This document shows, one piece after another, positions 1-9,115 of a stretch of 64,000 nucleotides of DNA (positions within the stretch are counted from its first letter, which is position 1; every line of letters starts with the position of its first letter). Source of the DNA: Chloroflexota bacterium (GTDB taxonomy: Bacteria > Chloroflexota > Dehalococcoidia > SM23-28-2 > JACOUE01); contig JACOUE010000005.1 in the NCBI GenBank assembly GCA_016178045.1, forward strand, positions 18,855 through 82,854, read 5' to 3'. The notes under the pieces are model-generated. The model did no database searches. It was given only the letters and a program-made list of their open reading frames with translations, and was not told where the DNA came from. The translations under genes and the position numbers were made by a program.

Positions 1-844
1 AGCAGTCGTGTAGCTCCACCATGCTCAGGTCTTCCGGGCCGATGCCGGCCTTCTCGTAGGCCTCCTCGGCGGCGTTGCGGGTGAGGGTGTTGACGTCGAA
101 CATGATGGGGTTGCGCTGGGTCCAGGGGTCGGAGGTGAGGACGGAGGCGGCCACCCAGACCGGCTGCTTGGTGTACTGGCGCGCCTTCTCGGCGGACATG
201 AGGACGGCGGCGGCGGCGCCGTCGCCGGTGGGGCAGCACATGTACAGGGTGTTGGGCCAGGCGATGACGCGGGCGTTGATGACGTCCTCCAGGGGCGTCT
301 CCACCTGGTACTGGGCGTACGGGTTGTGCACCGAGTGTTTGTGGTTCTTGACGGCGATCTTGGCGAACTGCTCGGCGGTGGTGCCGTACTTCCGCATGTG
401 CTCGACGCCGGTCTGGCCGAAGACGCCGGGCATCAGGCCTGTGCCCATGACGCCCTCCGAGCTGTACGAGGGGTCGCGGTCGCCGAAGCCGGTGAGGAGC
501 CCCATCTTCCCCATCTGCTCGGAGCCGATGGCCAGGGCGATGTCGTAGGCGCCGGAGGCCACGGCGAGGTACGCCTCGCGGAAGGCGGTGGAGCCGGTGG
601 CGCAGGCGTTGGCCACGTTTACCACGGGCACGCCGGTGGCGCCGATCTCTTTCATGATCCGCTGGCCGACCATGGCGTTGGCCTGGTAGAGGTTGCCGCT
701 CACCACCATCTGAACTTCGTTCATGGTGATGCCGGCGTCCTTCAGGGCGCCGATGGCCGCTTCCGAGGCCAGCTGGACGAGGTCCTTGTCCGGGTAGCGC
801 CCGAACTTGATCATGTTGGCGCCGACTATCGCTACGTCTCGCAT
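1..844 (-). CDS. thiolase-like / SCP-x-type lipid-transfer protein (C-terminus cut by window edge)
   Basis: Reverse translation from ATG at 844 (SD GGAGGAG upstream) gives MRDVAIVGANMIKFGRYPDK...NVANACATGSTAFREAYLAVASGAYD..., a thiolase fold with an active-site Cys. Open to the window start, so absent from the ORF track. Confidence 0.8.
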   Translation of the reverse strand, partial: MRDVAIVGANMIKFGRYPDKDLVQLASEAAIGALKDAGITMNEVQMVVSGNLYQANAMVGQRIMKEIGATGVPVVNVANACATGSTAFREAYLAVASGAYDIALAIGSEQMGKMGLLTGFGDRDPSYSSEGVMGTGLMPGVFGQTGVEHMRKYGTTAEQFAKIAVKNHKHSVHNPYAQYQVETPLEDVINARVIAWPNTLYMCCPTGDGAAAAVLMSAEKARQYTKQPVWVAASVLTSDPWTQRNPIMFDVNTLTRNAAEEAYEKAGIGPEDLSMVELHDC

Positions 845-880
845 TTCTCCTCCTTGTCTACTTAAAGTCCCACAACGGTT

Positions 881-944
881 GTCATTGCGAGCGAAGTGAA
901 GCAATCTCCCGAGATCGCTTCGGGGCTACGCCCGTCGCAATGAC
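881..944. repeat. REP-like palindromic element (gtcattgcgagcgaag...cgtcgcaatgac), intergenic between the DUF35 and thiolase genes
   Basis: Inverted arms gtcattgcgagcg / cgtcgcaatgac. The core gtcattSYgagcgaagYgaagMaatctccc recurs at 43789-43818. Confidence 0.7.
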
Positions 945-947
945 GGA

Positions 948-1397
948 CTACTTGCCGTCTACCACCTTGAACTTGGCGGCGATGACGTCGTTCCCCTCCC
1001 GGTCAACCCGGATCTTCTCCGTGTACATCTTTACCTTCTTGCCGAACCACTGCGGGCTGGGGTTCAGGGGGTCGAGCCCGTACACGTTGGCGCGGACGGC
1101 AACCCCCTCCGCGAGGTCGATGATGGCGGCGACGTAAGGGGCCTCCAGGCCGGGGACAGTCTGGTGGACGACGGAGAAGACGTATATCTCGCCTTCGTCG
1201 CTCAGGCGGACCTCTTCGAAGGGGCCGGTGGACGCGCACTTGGCGCAGGCGATGCGGGAACCCAGGTAAACGGTGCCGCAGCTCTTGCACTTGGAGCCCC
1301 AGAGGTAGGCGGGCTCGTCTGGGTACTTGTCGGGGATCTTGAGGAACGGGACGAGGGGCTTGATCTTCTTCTCGGTGGCGACTTGCTCTTGGGTCAA
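948..1397 (-). CDS. DUF35 OB-fold/zinc-ribbon protein (acyl-CoA-associated partner of SCP-x thiolases)
   Basis: ORF track 149 aa with a CKSCG...CAKC zinc ribbon followed by an OB-fold. Adjacent to the thiolase-like gene on the same strand. Confidence 0.8.
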   Translation of the reverse strand: MTQEQVATEKKIKPLVPFLKIPDKYPDEPAYLWGSKCKSCGTVYLGSRIACAKCASTGPFEEVRLSDEGEIYVFSVVHQTVPGLEAPYVAAIIDLAEGVAVRANVYGLDPLNPSPQWFGKKVKMYTEKIRVDREGNDVIAAKFKVVDGK

Positions 1398-1511
1398 GGG
1401 CGGACCTCCTTCGACGGGCCTGCCTGCCGGCAGGCGGGCGAGGCACAGGTTCGTTTACGTTGACGGAAGTGTTGTATCACGGGACGGTTTTCCCCGTCAA
1501 GACGAGGCCAA

Positions 1512-1823
1512 TCACTCGACGACGTGGTGGTCCTCCCGGTCCAGGGGCGGGATCGAGAGGCTGAGGACGAGGGCAGACTCCGTCACGGCCCGGACGCTGT
1601 GGACGACTCCCTTCTCGATGCGCACCGTCTCATAGGGGAGGAGGTGGAAGGTGCGCTCGCCCACCTTGGCCTCCACCTCGTGCTCCAGCACGGTGTAGAT
1701 CTGGGTCGACTCGTTGTGGAAGTGGGGGGCCACGGATTCCGTCTGCCTCATCCCGATGATGCGGATGCTGCACTCGGGCATCTCCACGTGGGAGAGGACT
1801 TCGTAGTCGCCCATGGATCGCAT
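1512..1823 (-). CDS. cupin domain protein
   Basis: The C-terminal 104 aa of ORF 1512-2153 (MRSMGDYEVLSHVEMPECSIRIIGM...HFHNESTQIYTVLEHE) has a cupin motif. Start set at ATG 1823 with an upstream GGAG; the longer ORF prefix is low-complexity. Confidence 0.7.
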   Translation of the reverse strand: MRSMGDYEVLSHVEMPECSIRIIGMRQTESVAPHFHNESTQIYTVLEHEVEAKVGERTFHLLPYETVRIEKGVVHSVRAVTESALVLSLSIPPLDREDHHVVE

Positions 1824-1833
1824 AGGCCTGCTC

Positions 1834-2451
1834 CTATCGGAAGTAGTACGAGAGCGCCTTCTCGTAGTCGGCCGGCCGGTTGATGTCGAGGAGGACGACC
1901 GGAGTGTCGAAGTCCACCGTGCGGACGTCATCTTCGTGGCGGCGGAGGATTTCGCGCAGCCCCAGCGTTTCCTCGCGGGCCTCCCGCAGCTCCGAGAGTA
2001 GGGAGCCGGCGAGGACCGGCGGGTGTCCCCGCTTGCCCTGGTGGACAGGGATGGTGACGACTTGCCCGGCCTCCAGGTGGGAGCGGACGAGGCGGGCCAG
2101 CACCTGGTGGGGCCGGGGCTGGTCGACGTTGATGACGACGATGGCCTCGACATCGTCGTCCAGGGCGGCGGCGCCGACGCGGAGGGAGCTGGCGCGCCCC
2201 GACCGGTACAGCTCGTTGATCACGGCCTGGGCGCCGGCCTGGTGGACGTAGGGCCGGACCTCGTCCGCCTGGGCGCCGAGGACGACGACGACCTTATCGA
2301 TACCGGCGCGCTTGAGCTGGCCGATCTGGTACTCGATGAGGGTCGCGGCGCCTGCCCTGAGCCGTGTTGAAGGGCCCCATTCGAGCAGCGGCTTCGGTGT
2401 CCCCATGCGCGAGGACTCTCCGCCCGCCAGGAGCAGCGCCGCGACGGTCAT
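1834..2451 (-). CDS. mocA: molybdenum cofactor cytidylyl/guanylyl-transferase (MobA/MocA family)
   Basis: MTVAALLLAGGESSRMG...LEWGPST... is the NTP-transferase signature. Lies in an operon with xanthine-dehydrogenase-family subunits. Confidence 0.8.
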   Translation of the reverse strand: MTVAALLLAGGESSRMGTPKPLLEWGPSTRLRAGAATLIEYQIGQLKRAGIDKVVVVLGAQADEVRPYVHQAGAQAVINELYRSGRASSLRVGAAALDDDVEAIVVINVDQPRPHQVLARLVRSHLEAGQVVTIPVHQGKRGHPPVLAGSLLSELREAREETLGLREILRRHEDDVRTVDFDTPVVLLDINRPADYEKALSYYFR

Positions 2452-3296
2452 GTGACGCGAAAGAGCGACTCCAGCTTCATGGCGAGGGAGGCGTTGCCGA
2501 TGAGATGGACCTTACGGCTGACCACGGCCCAGGCGGGATTGACGTCGTGGGTGGAGAGGTCCATCCAGAGGGCCGGCCGCATGCGCATCTCCAGGTCGGC
2601 GGACTCCGTCGCCCCCGGCCGCGCTTCCGTCTTGCCATCGGCTATCTCGAGCGTCCACTGGCCGCCGCCGTCGCCGTCGAGGGTGAAGAGGTAGGAGGCG
2701 TGGAGGTCACCGCCGCGGTCGGGCCAGTAGATGAGGGGCATGAAGTGGAAAAGGCGGTCCATCTGGAAGTGAACCTCGTCGGGGGCGCTGGCGTCGATCC
2801 AGTGGGGGAGCCGCTTCACCGCCCGGCGGATGTCCTGGTAGTGGCCCGGGAGGTGCAGGTAGCACATGAAGAACAGGTCACGTACCGTGCCCGCCCGGTC
2901 CCAGCCGGGGTTGGAGGCGGGCTTGCCGAGGTCGGCTTCGGTCAGGCCGGCCAGGAGGGCGAGGTGCTCCTCGTGGGCGCGGCGGAACCGCTCGAGGAGG
3001 TCCGGCGCCGGCAGGTCACGCACGGCCGCTAGTATGCGGTCGTTGTAGTCGTCGATGGCCTCGCGTCCCCGGAAGCCGTCGAGGTGGCCCGACTCGCCGG
3101 CGAGGGCCTGGCGGGTGAGGGGTATGCCTTCCGCCTCCAGGGACGACGTGAGGTGGCCGAGGTAGTCCCTGGCCGTCCACACCTTGGTGGACTTCTTCCC
3201 CCAGTCCTTGTCGCTGATGCCGCTGAAGGCGTCCAGGCAGCGGCCGAGGGCGTGGCGGCAGTGCTTCTGGATGTCGTCTTTAGTGGGAACGGTCAC
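2448..3296 (-). CDS. DinB/mycothiol maleylpyruvate isomerase N-terminal domain family protein
   Basis: 282 aa. The N-terminal W...D..GHL helix-bundle pattern (WTARDYLGHLTSS) matches this family; exact function unclear. Confidence 0.5.
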   Translation of the reverse strand: MTVPTKDDIQKHCRHALGRCLDAFSGISDKDWGKKSTKVWTARDYLGHLTSSLEAEGIPLTRQALAGESGHLDGFRGREAIDDYNDRILAAVRDLPAPDLLERFRRAHEEHLALLAGLTEADLGKPASNPGWDRAGTVRDLFFMCYLHLPGHYQDIRRAVKRLPHWIDASAPDEVHFQMDRLFHFMPLIYWPDRGGDLHASYLFTLDGDGGGQWTLEIADGKTEARPGATESADLEMRMRPALWMDLSTHDVNPAWAVVSRKVHLIGNASLAMKLESLFRVT

Positions 3297-3321
3297 GTAT
3301 GCCTCCTATCGTAATGCCGGC

Positions 3322-5643
3322 CTATTCCTTTATCTTCCCCATCGCCCGGAGCACGCGCTCCGGGGTGATGGGGGCGTCGTAAACGCGGACGCCGGCGGCG
3401 TCCGCCACGGCGTTGGCGATGACGGCGGCGCCGGCGACGATGGACGGCTCGCCTACGATGCGGGCGCCGTACGGCCCGTCCTCCGACGGCACCTCGACGA
3501 TGATCGCCTCGATCGGCGGGAGGTCACGGGTCGTCGGCAAGCGGTAGTCGAGGAAGTTCGGGTTCAGCAGGCGGCCCTTGTCGTCGTAGACCATCTCCTC
3601 GGAGAGGGCGATGCCCAGGCCCTGGCTGGCCCCGCCCTGCATCTGTCCCTCCACCGACAGCGGGTTGATGGCGAAGCCGGCGTCCTGGGCGATGGCGTAG
3701 CGCAGGAGCGTGACCTCGCCCGTGTCCGGGTCGACCTCTACCTCCGCGATCTGGACGGTGAAGCCGGGCGCCTGCCGGCGGGCGGTGATGGTACCGGTGC
3801 CGACGACGGGGGCGTAGCGGGCGGCGAAGCCGGTGCTCATGTGGCCGATGCGCCCGAAGGTCAGGGTCTTGTCGGTCGAGCCCTTGATTCGGACGACGCC
3901 GTCCTTCATCTCGAGGTCGTCGGGGGCGGTCTCCAGCCGGTGCCCGGCGATCTCGAGGATCTGACGCCGCGCCTCGTCGGCGGCCAGCTTCACGGCCCGC
4001 CCGACGGTGAAGGTAGTCTTGGAGCCGGCGCTCATGCCGGCGTAGGGGGCGGTCTTGGTGTCGCCGGTGGTGACGTTGACCATGGACATGGGCACATTCA
4101 GCTCCTCCGCGGCGATCTGGGCGAAGGAGGTGTTGGTGCCGGTGATGTCGGCGGCGCCGACGATGACGTTGATGGTGCCGTCGCCGTTGAGGCCGACGGT
4201 GGCGCTGGCGGGCTGGAGGCCGCCCAGCCAGCCGCCCACGGCCAGGCCGACGCCGCGGGCGGGCGGGTGCCCGTCTGGGCGGTTGGGGTGCTTCCTGGAG
4301 TCGCGGCGCTCGTTCCAGACCGCCGTCTCGCTTATGGCCTGGAGGCACTCCTTCAGGCCGATGGCCGGGTAGGGCTGGCCGCTGGGCAGGGGGTCGCCCT
4401 TCTCCACGGCGTTCTTCAGCCGCACCTCCAGCGGGTCGAGGCCCAGCTTGCGGGCCATCATGTCCACGGCGCTCTCGATGGCGAAGGTGGCGTTGTGGGC
4501 GCCGGGGGCGCGCAGGGCGCCGACGCTTACCTTATTAGTAAGCACCTCGTAACCCTGGATGCCCAGGTTGGCGCACTTGTAGTAGCCGCCGATGATGAGG
4601 CAGCCGGGGAGCATGGGGGCGCCGGGGAAGGCGCCGGAGTCGTAGATGAGGCGGGCCTGGAGGGCGGTGAGGGTGCCGTCCGCCTTCATCCCCGTCTTCA
4701 GCTCGACGACGGCCTGGGGGGCGGGTGTGGCGGCGAGGATGTCTTCCTTGCGGCTCATGGTCAGCTTCACCGGCCGCCGCACCACCATGGCCAGGGCGGC
4801 GACCAGCGTCTCGTAGAGGAAGATCTTGCCGCCGAAGCCGCCGCCGACCTCGGTGGCGGTGACGCGGACCTTGGTCTCGGGGATCTCCAGTATCTCCGAC
4901 ACCTCGTCGCGGATGTAGAAGGGGGCCTGGGTGCTGGTCCAGATGGACAGCTCGCCGGTGGCGTCGTAGTCGGCGATGGTGACGTGGGGCTCGATGTACG
5001 ACTGGTGCACCATGCCCGACCACCACGTCCCCTCGACGACGGCGTCGGCCCCGGCGAAGCCCTCCTCGAGGTCGCCCCGCTTGAACGACATCTCGGAGGC
5101 GATGTTGGAAGGCTTGCCCTGCTCCTCCCTTTGCTCCACGCCCGTCGCGATGTGGCCCTTCTCCTCGGTGCGGTCCACCTCGCTCACCGGCGAACGGGCC
5201 AGCGGCGAGTCCTCGGCCATCGCGGCCACCGGGTCGACCACGGGAGGCAGTTCCTCGTACTCCACGCGGACGAGATCGCGCGCCTCCTCCGCCACGTGGG
5301 GGTCGGAGGCGAGGACGGCGGCGACGGGCTGGCCGTAGAAGAGGACCTCGTCCTCGGCCAGGAGGACTTCGCGACGGTTCGAGGGGTTCTTGCGGTGTGG
5401 CGGCAGGTCCGCGGCGGTGACCACGGCTTCCACGCCGGGGAGCCGGCGGGCCTTGGCGCTGTCGATGGACTTGATGCGGGCGTGGGCGTAGGGGGCCATG
5501 ACGAGCTTGGCGTGGAGGAGACGGGGGAGGTGCATGTCGTCGGCGTAGACGGTCTTGCCGGTGACCTTGCCCGCGGCGTCGATGCGGGTGACCGCCTTGC
5601 CGACGACCCGGTACTCCTGTCGCGTGATCGTCTCTTTGGCCAT
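3322..5643 (-). CDS. xanthine dehydrogenase family molybdopterin-binding large subunit (CoxL/aldehyde oxidoreductase-like)
   Basis: 773 aa; MAKETITRQEYRVVGKAVTRIDAAGKVTGK... is the typical N-terminus, with molybdopterin-binding domains throughout. Confidence 0.9.
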   Translation of the reverse strand: MAKETITRQEYRVVGKAVTRIDAAGKVTGKTVYADDMHLPRLLHAKLVMAPYAHARIKSIDSAKARRLPGVEAVVTAADLPPHRKNPSNRREVLLAEDEVLFYGQPVAAVLASDPHVAEEARDLVRVEYEELPPVVDPVAAMAEDSPLARSPVSEVDRTEEKGHIATGVEQREEQGKPSNIASEMSFKRGDLEEGFAGADAVVEGTWWSGMVHQSYIEPHVTIADYDATGELSIWTSTQAPFYIRDEVSEILEIPETKVRVTATEVGGGFGGKIFLYETLVAALAMVVRRPVKLTMSRKEDILAATPAPQAVVELKTGMKADGTLTALQARLIYDSGAFPGAPMLPGCLIIGGYYKCANLGIQGYEVLTNKVSVGALRAPGAHNATFAIESAVDMMARKLGLDPLEVRLKNAVEKGDPLPSGQPYPAIGLKECLQAISETAVWNERRDSRKHPNRPDGHPPARGVGLAVGGWLGGLQPASATVGLNGDGTINVIVGAADITGTNTSFAQIAAEELNVPMSMVNVTTGDTKTAPYAGMSAGSKTTFTVGRAVKLAADEARRQILEIAGHRLETAPDDLEMKDGVVRIKGSTDKTLTFGRIGHMSTGFAARYAPVVGTGTITARRQAPGFTVQIAEVEVDPDTGEVTLLRYAIAQDAGFAINPLSVEGQMQGGASQGLGIALSEEMVYDDKGRLLNPNFLDYRLPTTRDLPPIEAIIVEVPSEDGPYGARIVGEPSIVAGAAVIANAVADAAGVRVYDAPITPERVLRAMGKIKE

Positions 5644-5688
5644 ACGTCGCGACTCTTCTAGCGTCTCATGGCCGAGGCAGGCCGTCGT

Positions 5689-6177
5689 TCAACGCATCCT
5701 GTCCGCGGCGGACAGCACCGCCTCGTATATCTTGGTGTAGCCGGTGCAGCGGCAGAGGTTTCCGGCCAGGCCCAGGCGGACGTCGTCCAGAGTCGGGTTT
5801 GGGTTGGCGTCCAGGAGGGTCTTGGCCGCCATGATCATGCCCGGGATGCAGAAGCCGCACTGCACGGCGCCGGTGTCGATGAACGCCTGCTGAACGGGGT
5901 GGAGCCGGCCGTCGGCGCCCGCGACTGGCGATGGGGCCAGCCCCTCAATGGTGGTGACCTCGGTGCCGTCGGCCTGCGCGGCCAGCATGAGGCATGAGGT
6001 GACGAGCCTGCCGTCCACGATCATGGAGCAGGCGCCGCAGTCGCCGGTGCCGCAGCCCTCCTTGCTGCCGGTGAGGCGCAGCGCCTCTCGCACGGTGTAG
6101 AGAAGGGTCCAACGGGGCTCGACGGCGATCTCCTGGCGCTCGCCGTTAACGTTGAGGGTGATGATCTGCTTCGACAT
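5689..6177 (-). CDS. (2Fe-2S)-binding small subunit of molybdopterin hydroxylase (CoxS-like)
   Basis: 162 aa with CGTGDCGAC and C.FC...C.C motifs for the two [2Fe-2S] clusters. Confidence 0.9.
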   Translation of the reverse strand: MSKQIITLNVNGERQEIAVEPRWTLLYTVREALRLTGSKEGCGTGDCGACSMIVDGRLVTSCLMLAAQADGTEVTTIEGLAPSPVAGADGRLHPVQQAFIDTGAVQCGFCIPGMIMAAKTLLDANPNPTLDDVRLGLAGNLCRCTGYTKIYEAVLSAADRMR

Positions 6178-6179
6178 CG

Positions 6180-6407
6180 TTACTCAGAGCCCATGTAGTG
6201 CCTCATGATGAGCCAGTTCTCTTTGGGACGGGCCACCTCCACGAAACCGGCCCTGCGGAAGGTGGAGACGACGCCGGTGTAGCCCGAGTAGCCATACAGG
6301 GGCTTGGTGGCCTCGAACGGGTATCCGTCAAGCATGGTCGCCGCGTGCCCCCGCGCGTATTCTACAGCGGCCCGCAGGAGCTTGACCATAAGGCCCTGGC
6401 CTCGCAA
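6180..6407 (-). pseudogene. GNAT acetyltransferase C-terminal fragment (N-terminal half missing)
   Basis: 75 aa ORF carrying only the GNAT motif A/B region (RGQGLMVKLLRAAVEYARGHAA...GYTGVVSTFRRAGF). Only 15 nt separate it from the upstream MOSC stop, so there is no room for the N-terminal half. Confidence 0.5.
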
Positions 6408-6422
6408 CTCTTTGCAAGAGGA

Positions 6423-7187
6423 TCACTGCAACTTCACCCGGTCGCCGCGGCGGATCACGCCCTGCTGTAACACCATGGCGTACACGCCTACGTTGGCCTT
6501 GTTGTGCTGCGCGGATGCCCGCAGGATGCCGTAGTCCTGGGGCAGGTCGTCCTGGGGCAGGGTGGTCATCACACAGCGGGGGCAGGGGCTGAAGACGCGC
6601 AGGCGCACCTCTTCGCCGACAGCGAGCGTCTGGTTCAGCCACGCATTCTCGACGAAGTCCATCTGCCCGGGGGTCTCCACCACGATGTTCGGCCGGAACC
6701 GCCGCGCCTCGAACCGCCCCTGCGGGTAGGCCTCCCGCAGGCGGTCGATGGTGCCCGTGGTCAGGAGGTGGATTATACCCAGGTCGAAGAAGGTGCCCTG
6801 CGGCATGCGCTCGTCGGTGACCGTCTCCCGGTGGATCAGGCCCTCGACGTCCGGCCAGTACTCCTCGAGCTGGGGCGCTTCCGGCGGCGTGGCGGCGAGG
6901 GCCACCGGCCGGCCCAGCACGCCGGCGAGCGTCTTCTCGATGCCGGCCTCGTCGGTGGTGAGGGTTGAGCCGTCGGGGAGGGTGATGCGCACCGGCGGGA
7001 GCCGATCGGGCACCGGCGGCTGGACGAAGGCGGCTCGGAACTCGAACATCTTTGCCCACTTGCGGGGGTTCTTGGCGCTTACCACCTTGCCGTCGCCGCT
7101 ATCGACGAGGGCGTAGACGCGGTCGCCCAGCAGCCCTCTCTGGGTGACGTAGGACGAGTTCAGCTCCTCCCCCATCATCGACTTCAC
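6423..7187 (-). CDS. MOSC domain protein (MOSC N-terminal beta-barrel + MOSC)
   Basis: 254 aa with a conserved C-terminal Cys (VFSPCPRCVMTT), embedded between coxM-like and coxS-like genes. Confidence 0.8.
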   Translation of the reverse strand: MKSMMGEELNSSYVTQRGLLGDRVYALVDSGDGKVVSAKNPRKWAKMFEFRAAFVQPPVPDRLPPVRITLPDGSTLTTDEAGIEKTLAGVLGRPVALAATPPEAPQLEEYWPDVEGLIHRETVTDERMPQGTFFDLGIIHLLTTGTIDRLREAYPQGRFEARRFRPNIVVETPGQMDFVENAWLNQTLAVGEEVRLRVFSPCPRCVMTTLPQDDLPQDYGILRASAQHNKANVGVYAMVLQQGVIRRGDRVKLQ

Positions 7188-7270
7188 CGGATAACGCCAG
7201 AGCGAAGCGACGGAGCCTACGACTGGAGCCTCTGACGACAGGGCGTTCTCCTCTCCTGGTTCCCTAGTCC

Positions 7271-8173
7271 CTACCTGCGCGCCCTCGCCACCGCCTCCTT
7301 GAGGAGGCGCTCGGTCATCACCCCCACCAGGTGGCGGCGGAAGGCAGCGGAGCCGCGGACGTCGGAGATGGGTTTGGCTTCGTCGTGGGCGATCGCGGCG
7401 GCCCCGGCGATGGCTTCGTCGGAGGCGGGCCGGCCTTCCAGGCGGGCCTCCGCGTTCCGGGCGCGCACAGGCGTCGGGGCGACGGCGCCCAGGGCGAGGC
7501 GCACGCGCTGGAAGGCACCGCCGTCAGCCTGCCCTGAGCTTGTCGAAGGGCCCAGGGTCACCAGCGCCGCCACCCCCACGACGGCGATGTCCATCTGCTT
7601 GCGGGGGGTGTGGCGCCGGTAGGCGCCGCCGGTGCGCGGCGGCGGTGGGGGGACTAGAACTTCGACGAGGAGCTCGCCGGGGCGGAGAACGGTCTCCCCG
7701 GGCCCCACGAAGAACTCGTCCAGGGGGACGGTGCGCTGTCCGGAAGGCCCGGCGATGCGCGCCGTCGCCTCGCAGGCCAGCAGCGGCGGGGCGATATCGG
7801 CGGAAGGGGCGGCGTTGCACAGGTTGCCGCCGACGGTGGCCATGTTCATAGTCTGGACGGAGCCGACGATGGACGCCCCCTCGGCGATGATGGGGTAGCG
7901 CTCGCGCACCACGGGGGACTCCGCTACTTCGGCGAAGGTGGCGCCGGCGCCGAGGCGCAGGCCGGTCGCTTCGCTGAAGTCCATTCCCTTAAGCTCGGGT
8001 AGGCGGCGGAGGCTGACGACGTACTCCGGGTAGGGAAACCGCAGGACGCCCTCCTTCATCTGCACGACGAGGTCGGTGCCGCCGGCTAGGGGCCGGCCGC
8101 CGTCGCCGCGCTGACGCAGGACGTCGATGGCTTCCTGGAGGCTGGTAGGGGCGAAGTATTCGAAGGGACGCAT
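7271..8173 (-). CDS. FAD-binding molybdopterin dehydrogenase medium subunit (CoxM-like)
   Basis: 300 aa; the GGTDL FAD-binding motif (LAGGTDLVVQMKEG) and the CO dehydrogenase flavoprotein C-terminal domain. Confidence 0.9.
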   Translation of the reverse strand: MRPFEYFAPTSLQEAIDVLRQRGDGGRPLAGGTDLVVQMKEGVLRFPYPEYVVSLRRLPELKGMDFSEATGLRLGAGATFAEVAESPVVRERYPIIAEGASIVGSVQTMNMATVGGNLCNAAPSADIAPPLLACEATARIAGPSGQRTVPLDEFFVGPGETVLRPGELLVEVLVPPPPPRTGGAYRRHTPRKQMDIAVVGVAALVTLGPSTSSGQADGGAFQRVRLALGAVAPTPVRARNAEARLEGRPASDEAIAGAAAIAHDEAKPISDVRGSAAFRRHLVGVMTERLLKEAVARARR

Positions 8174-8257
8174 GGAGAGGCGGCCTGCCGCTAGTGCGCA
8201 ACCATTCTACCGTCCGTGGCGCGAGCCGACAATACAGTGGGCGCCACAGCAGGACGG

Positions 8258-8263
8258 GGGAGG
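8258..8263 (+). promoter_or_regulatory. TATAAT -10 element upstream of the muconolactone isomerase-like gene
   Basis: gggaggTATAATgttggc lies about 36 nt upstream of the ATG at 8299; an RBS GGAAGGAGG follows. Confidence 0.4.
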
Positions 8264-8298
8264 TATAATGTTGGCGTTTCCGGAAGGAGGACGGGCCG

Positions 8299-8628
8299 AT
8301 GTTGTTTTTCGTGAAAGCGGAGCTGCCAGAACAGCCTCCCATGCCGCGGGAGCAGTGGCTGGGGCAGGTAGCTTCCACCTGGGAGGTCATCAAGAACCTG
8401 GAGCAGAACGGGAAAGTGCTGGCGGGCGGCGCCTTCGTCGGCAAGCGGGCAGGCTGCGTCATCGCCGACGTGGCTTCGAACGAAGAGCTGGCGGAGATGC
8501 TGAACCGGGTGCCGCTCTTCGCCTACCTGGAGTGGGAAGTGCTGCCGCTAATACCGGCGGACAAGGCGCTGGAGTCCGCCAAGTGGGCGCTCCAGCAGCT
8601 AAGCCTGGCCCAGACCCGCGCGGGTTAG
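8299..8628 (+). CDS. muconolactone delta-isomerase family protein
   Basis: 109 aa; MLFFVKAEL...VPLFAYLEWEVLPLIP resembles the MLI family (MLFHV...LPLFPYMDIEV). Confidence 0.55.
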   Translation: MLFFVKAELPEQPPMPREQWLGQVASTWEVIKNLEQNGKVLAGGAFVGKRAGCVIADVASNEELAEMLNRVPLFAYLEWEVLPLIPADKALESAKWALQQLSLAQTRAG

Positions 8629-8656
8629 GCGCCGGCGCTGTGGCCATAGCCGAGGG

Positions 8657-9115
8657 TCATACGTCGAACCCCATGGCCTGGAAGATCTCCTCGTACTGCG
8701 AGGGGTTTCCCGGCTGGAACCAGGGGACCGCGTGGAGGAGCTTGCCACCCTTGTCGATGACGAAGACGGCGCGTCGGGAGCGTTTGCCGCTGTCGTCGAT
8801 CACGTCGTAGGCCCGCGCCGCCTCGAGCTTCTCATCGCTGGCCAGGGGGAAGGGTACGCCCCCCAGGCGCTCGGCGAACTCCTGGTGCGATTCCAGGCTG
8901 TCGGCGCTAACGCCGACCACCTCGACGCCGAGCTGCTGGATGATCTCGTAGTCTTCCTTCAGGACGGACAGCTCGCTGGCGCACATCGGGGTACTATCCT
9001 CAAAGTAGAAGGCCAGCATCACCTTCTTCTGGGCCGTGAGATCGCTGAGCTTGAGGGTTCCCTTGGTGCTCGGGAGCGTGAAGTTAGGCGCCTTGTTCCC
9101 TATCTCTACCGTCAT
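8657..9115 (-). CDS. bcp: peroxiredoxin (Bcp/AhpC-TSA family)
   Basis: 152 aa; GNKAPNFTLPSTKG...FYFEDSTPMCASE is the peroxidatic Cys motif. Confidence 0.85.
   Translation of the reverse strand: MTVEIGNKAPNFTLPSTKGTLKLSDLTAQKKVMLAFYFEDSTPMCASELSVLKEDYEIIQQLGVEVVGVSADSLESHQEFAERLGGVPFPLASDEKLEAARAYDVIDDSGKRSRRAVFVIDKGGKLLHAVPWFQPGNPSQYEEIFQAMGFDV

Noticed and set aside
3184-5661. 825-aa plus-strand ORF
   Set aside because: It is antisense to coxL. Gly/Ala/Asp/Val-rich composition is typical of spurious frames in 70% GC DNA, and it has no family signature.
6408-6422. Palindrome-like ctcgcaactctttgcaagag between the GNAT fragment and MOSC
   Set aside because: It is imperfect (tcttTgcaaga), only 15 nt long, and lies inside an operon, so it was not called as a regulatory site.
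8629-8656. ggcgccggcgc hairpin after the muconolactone isomerase gene as a terminator
   Set aside because: Short stem and no T-tract.
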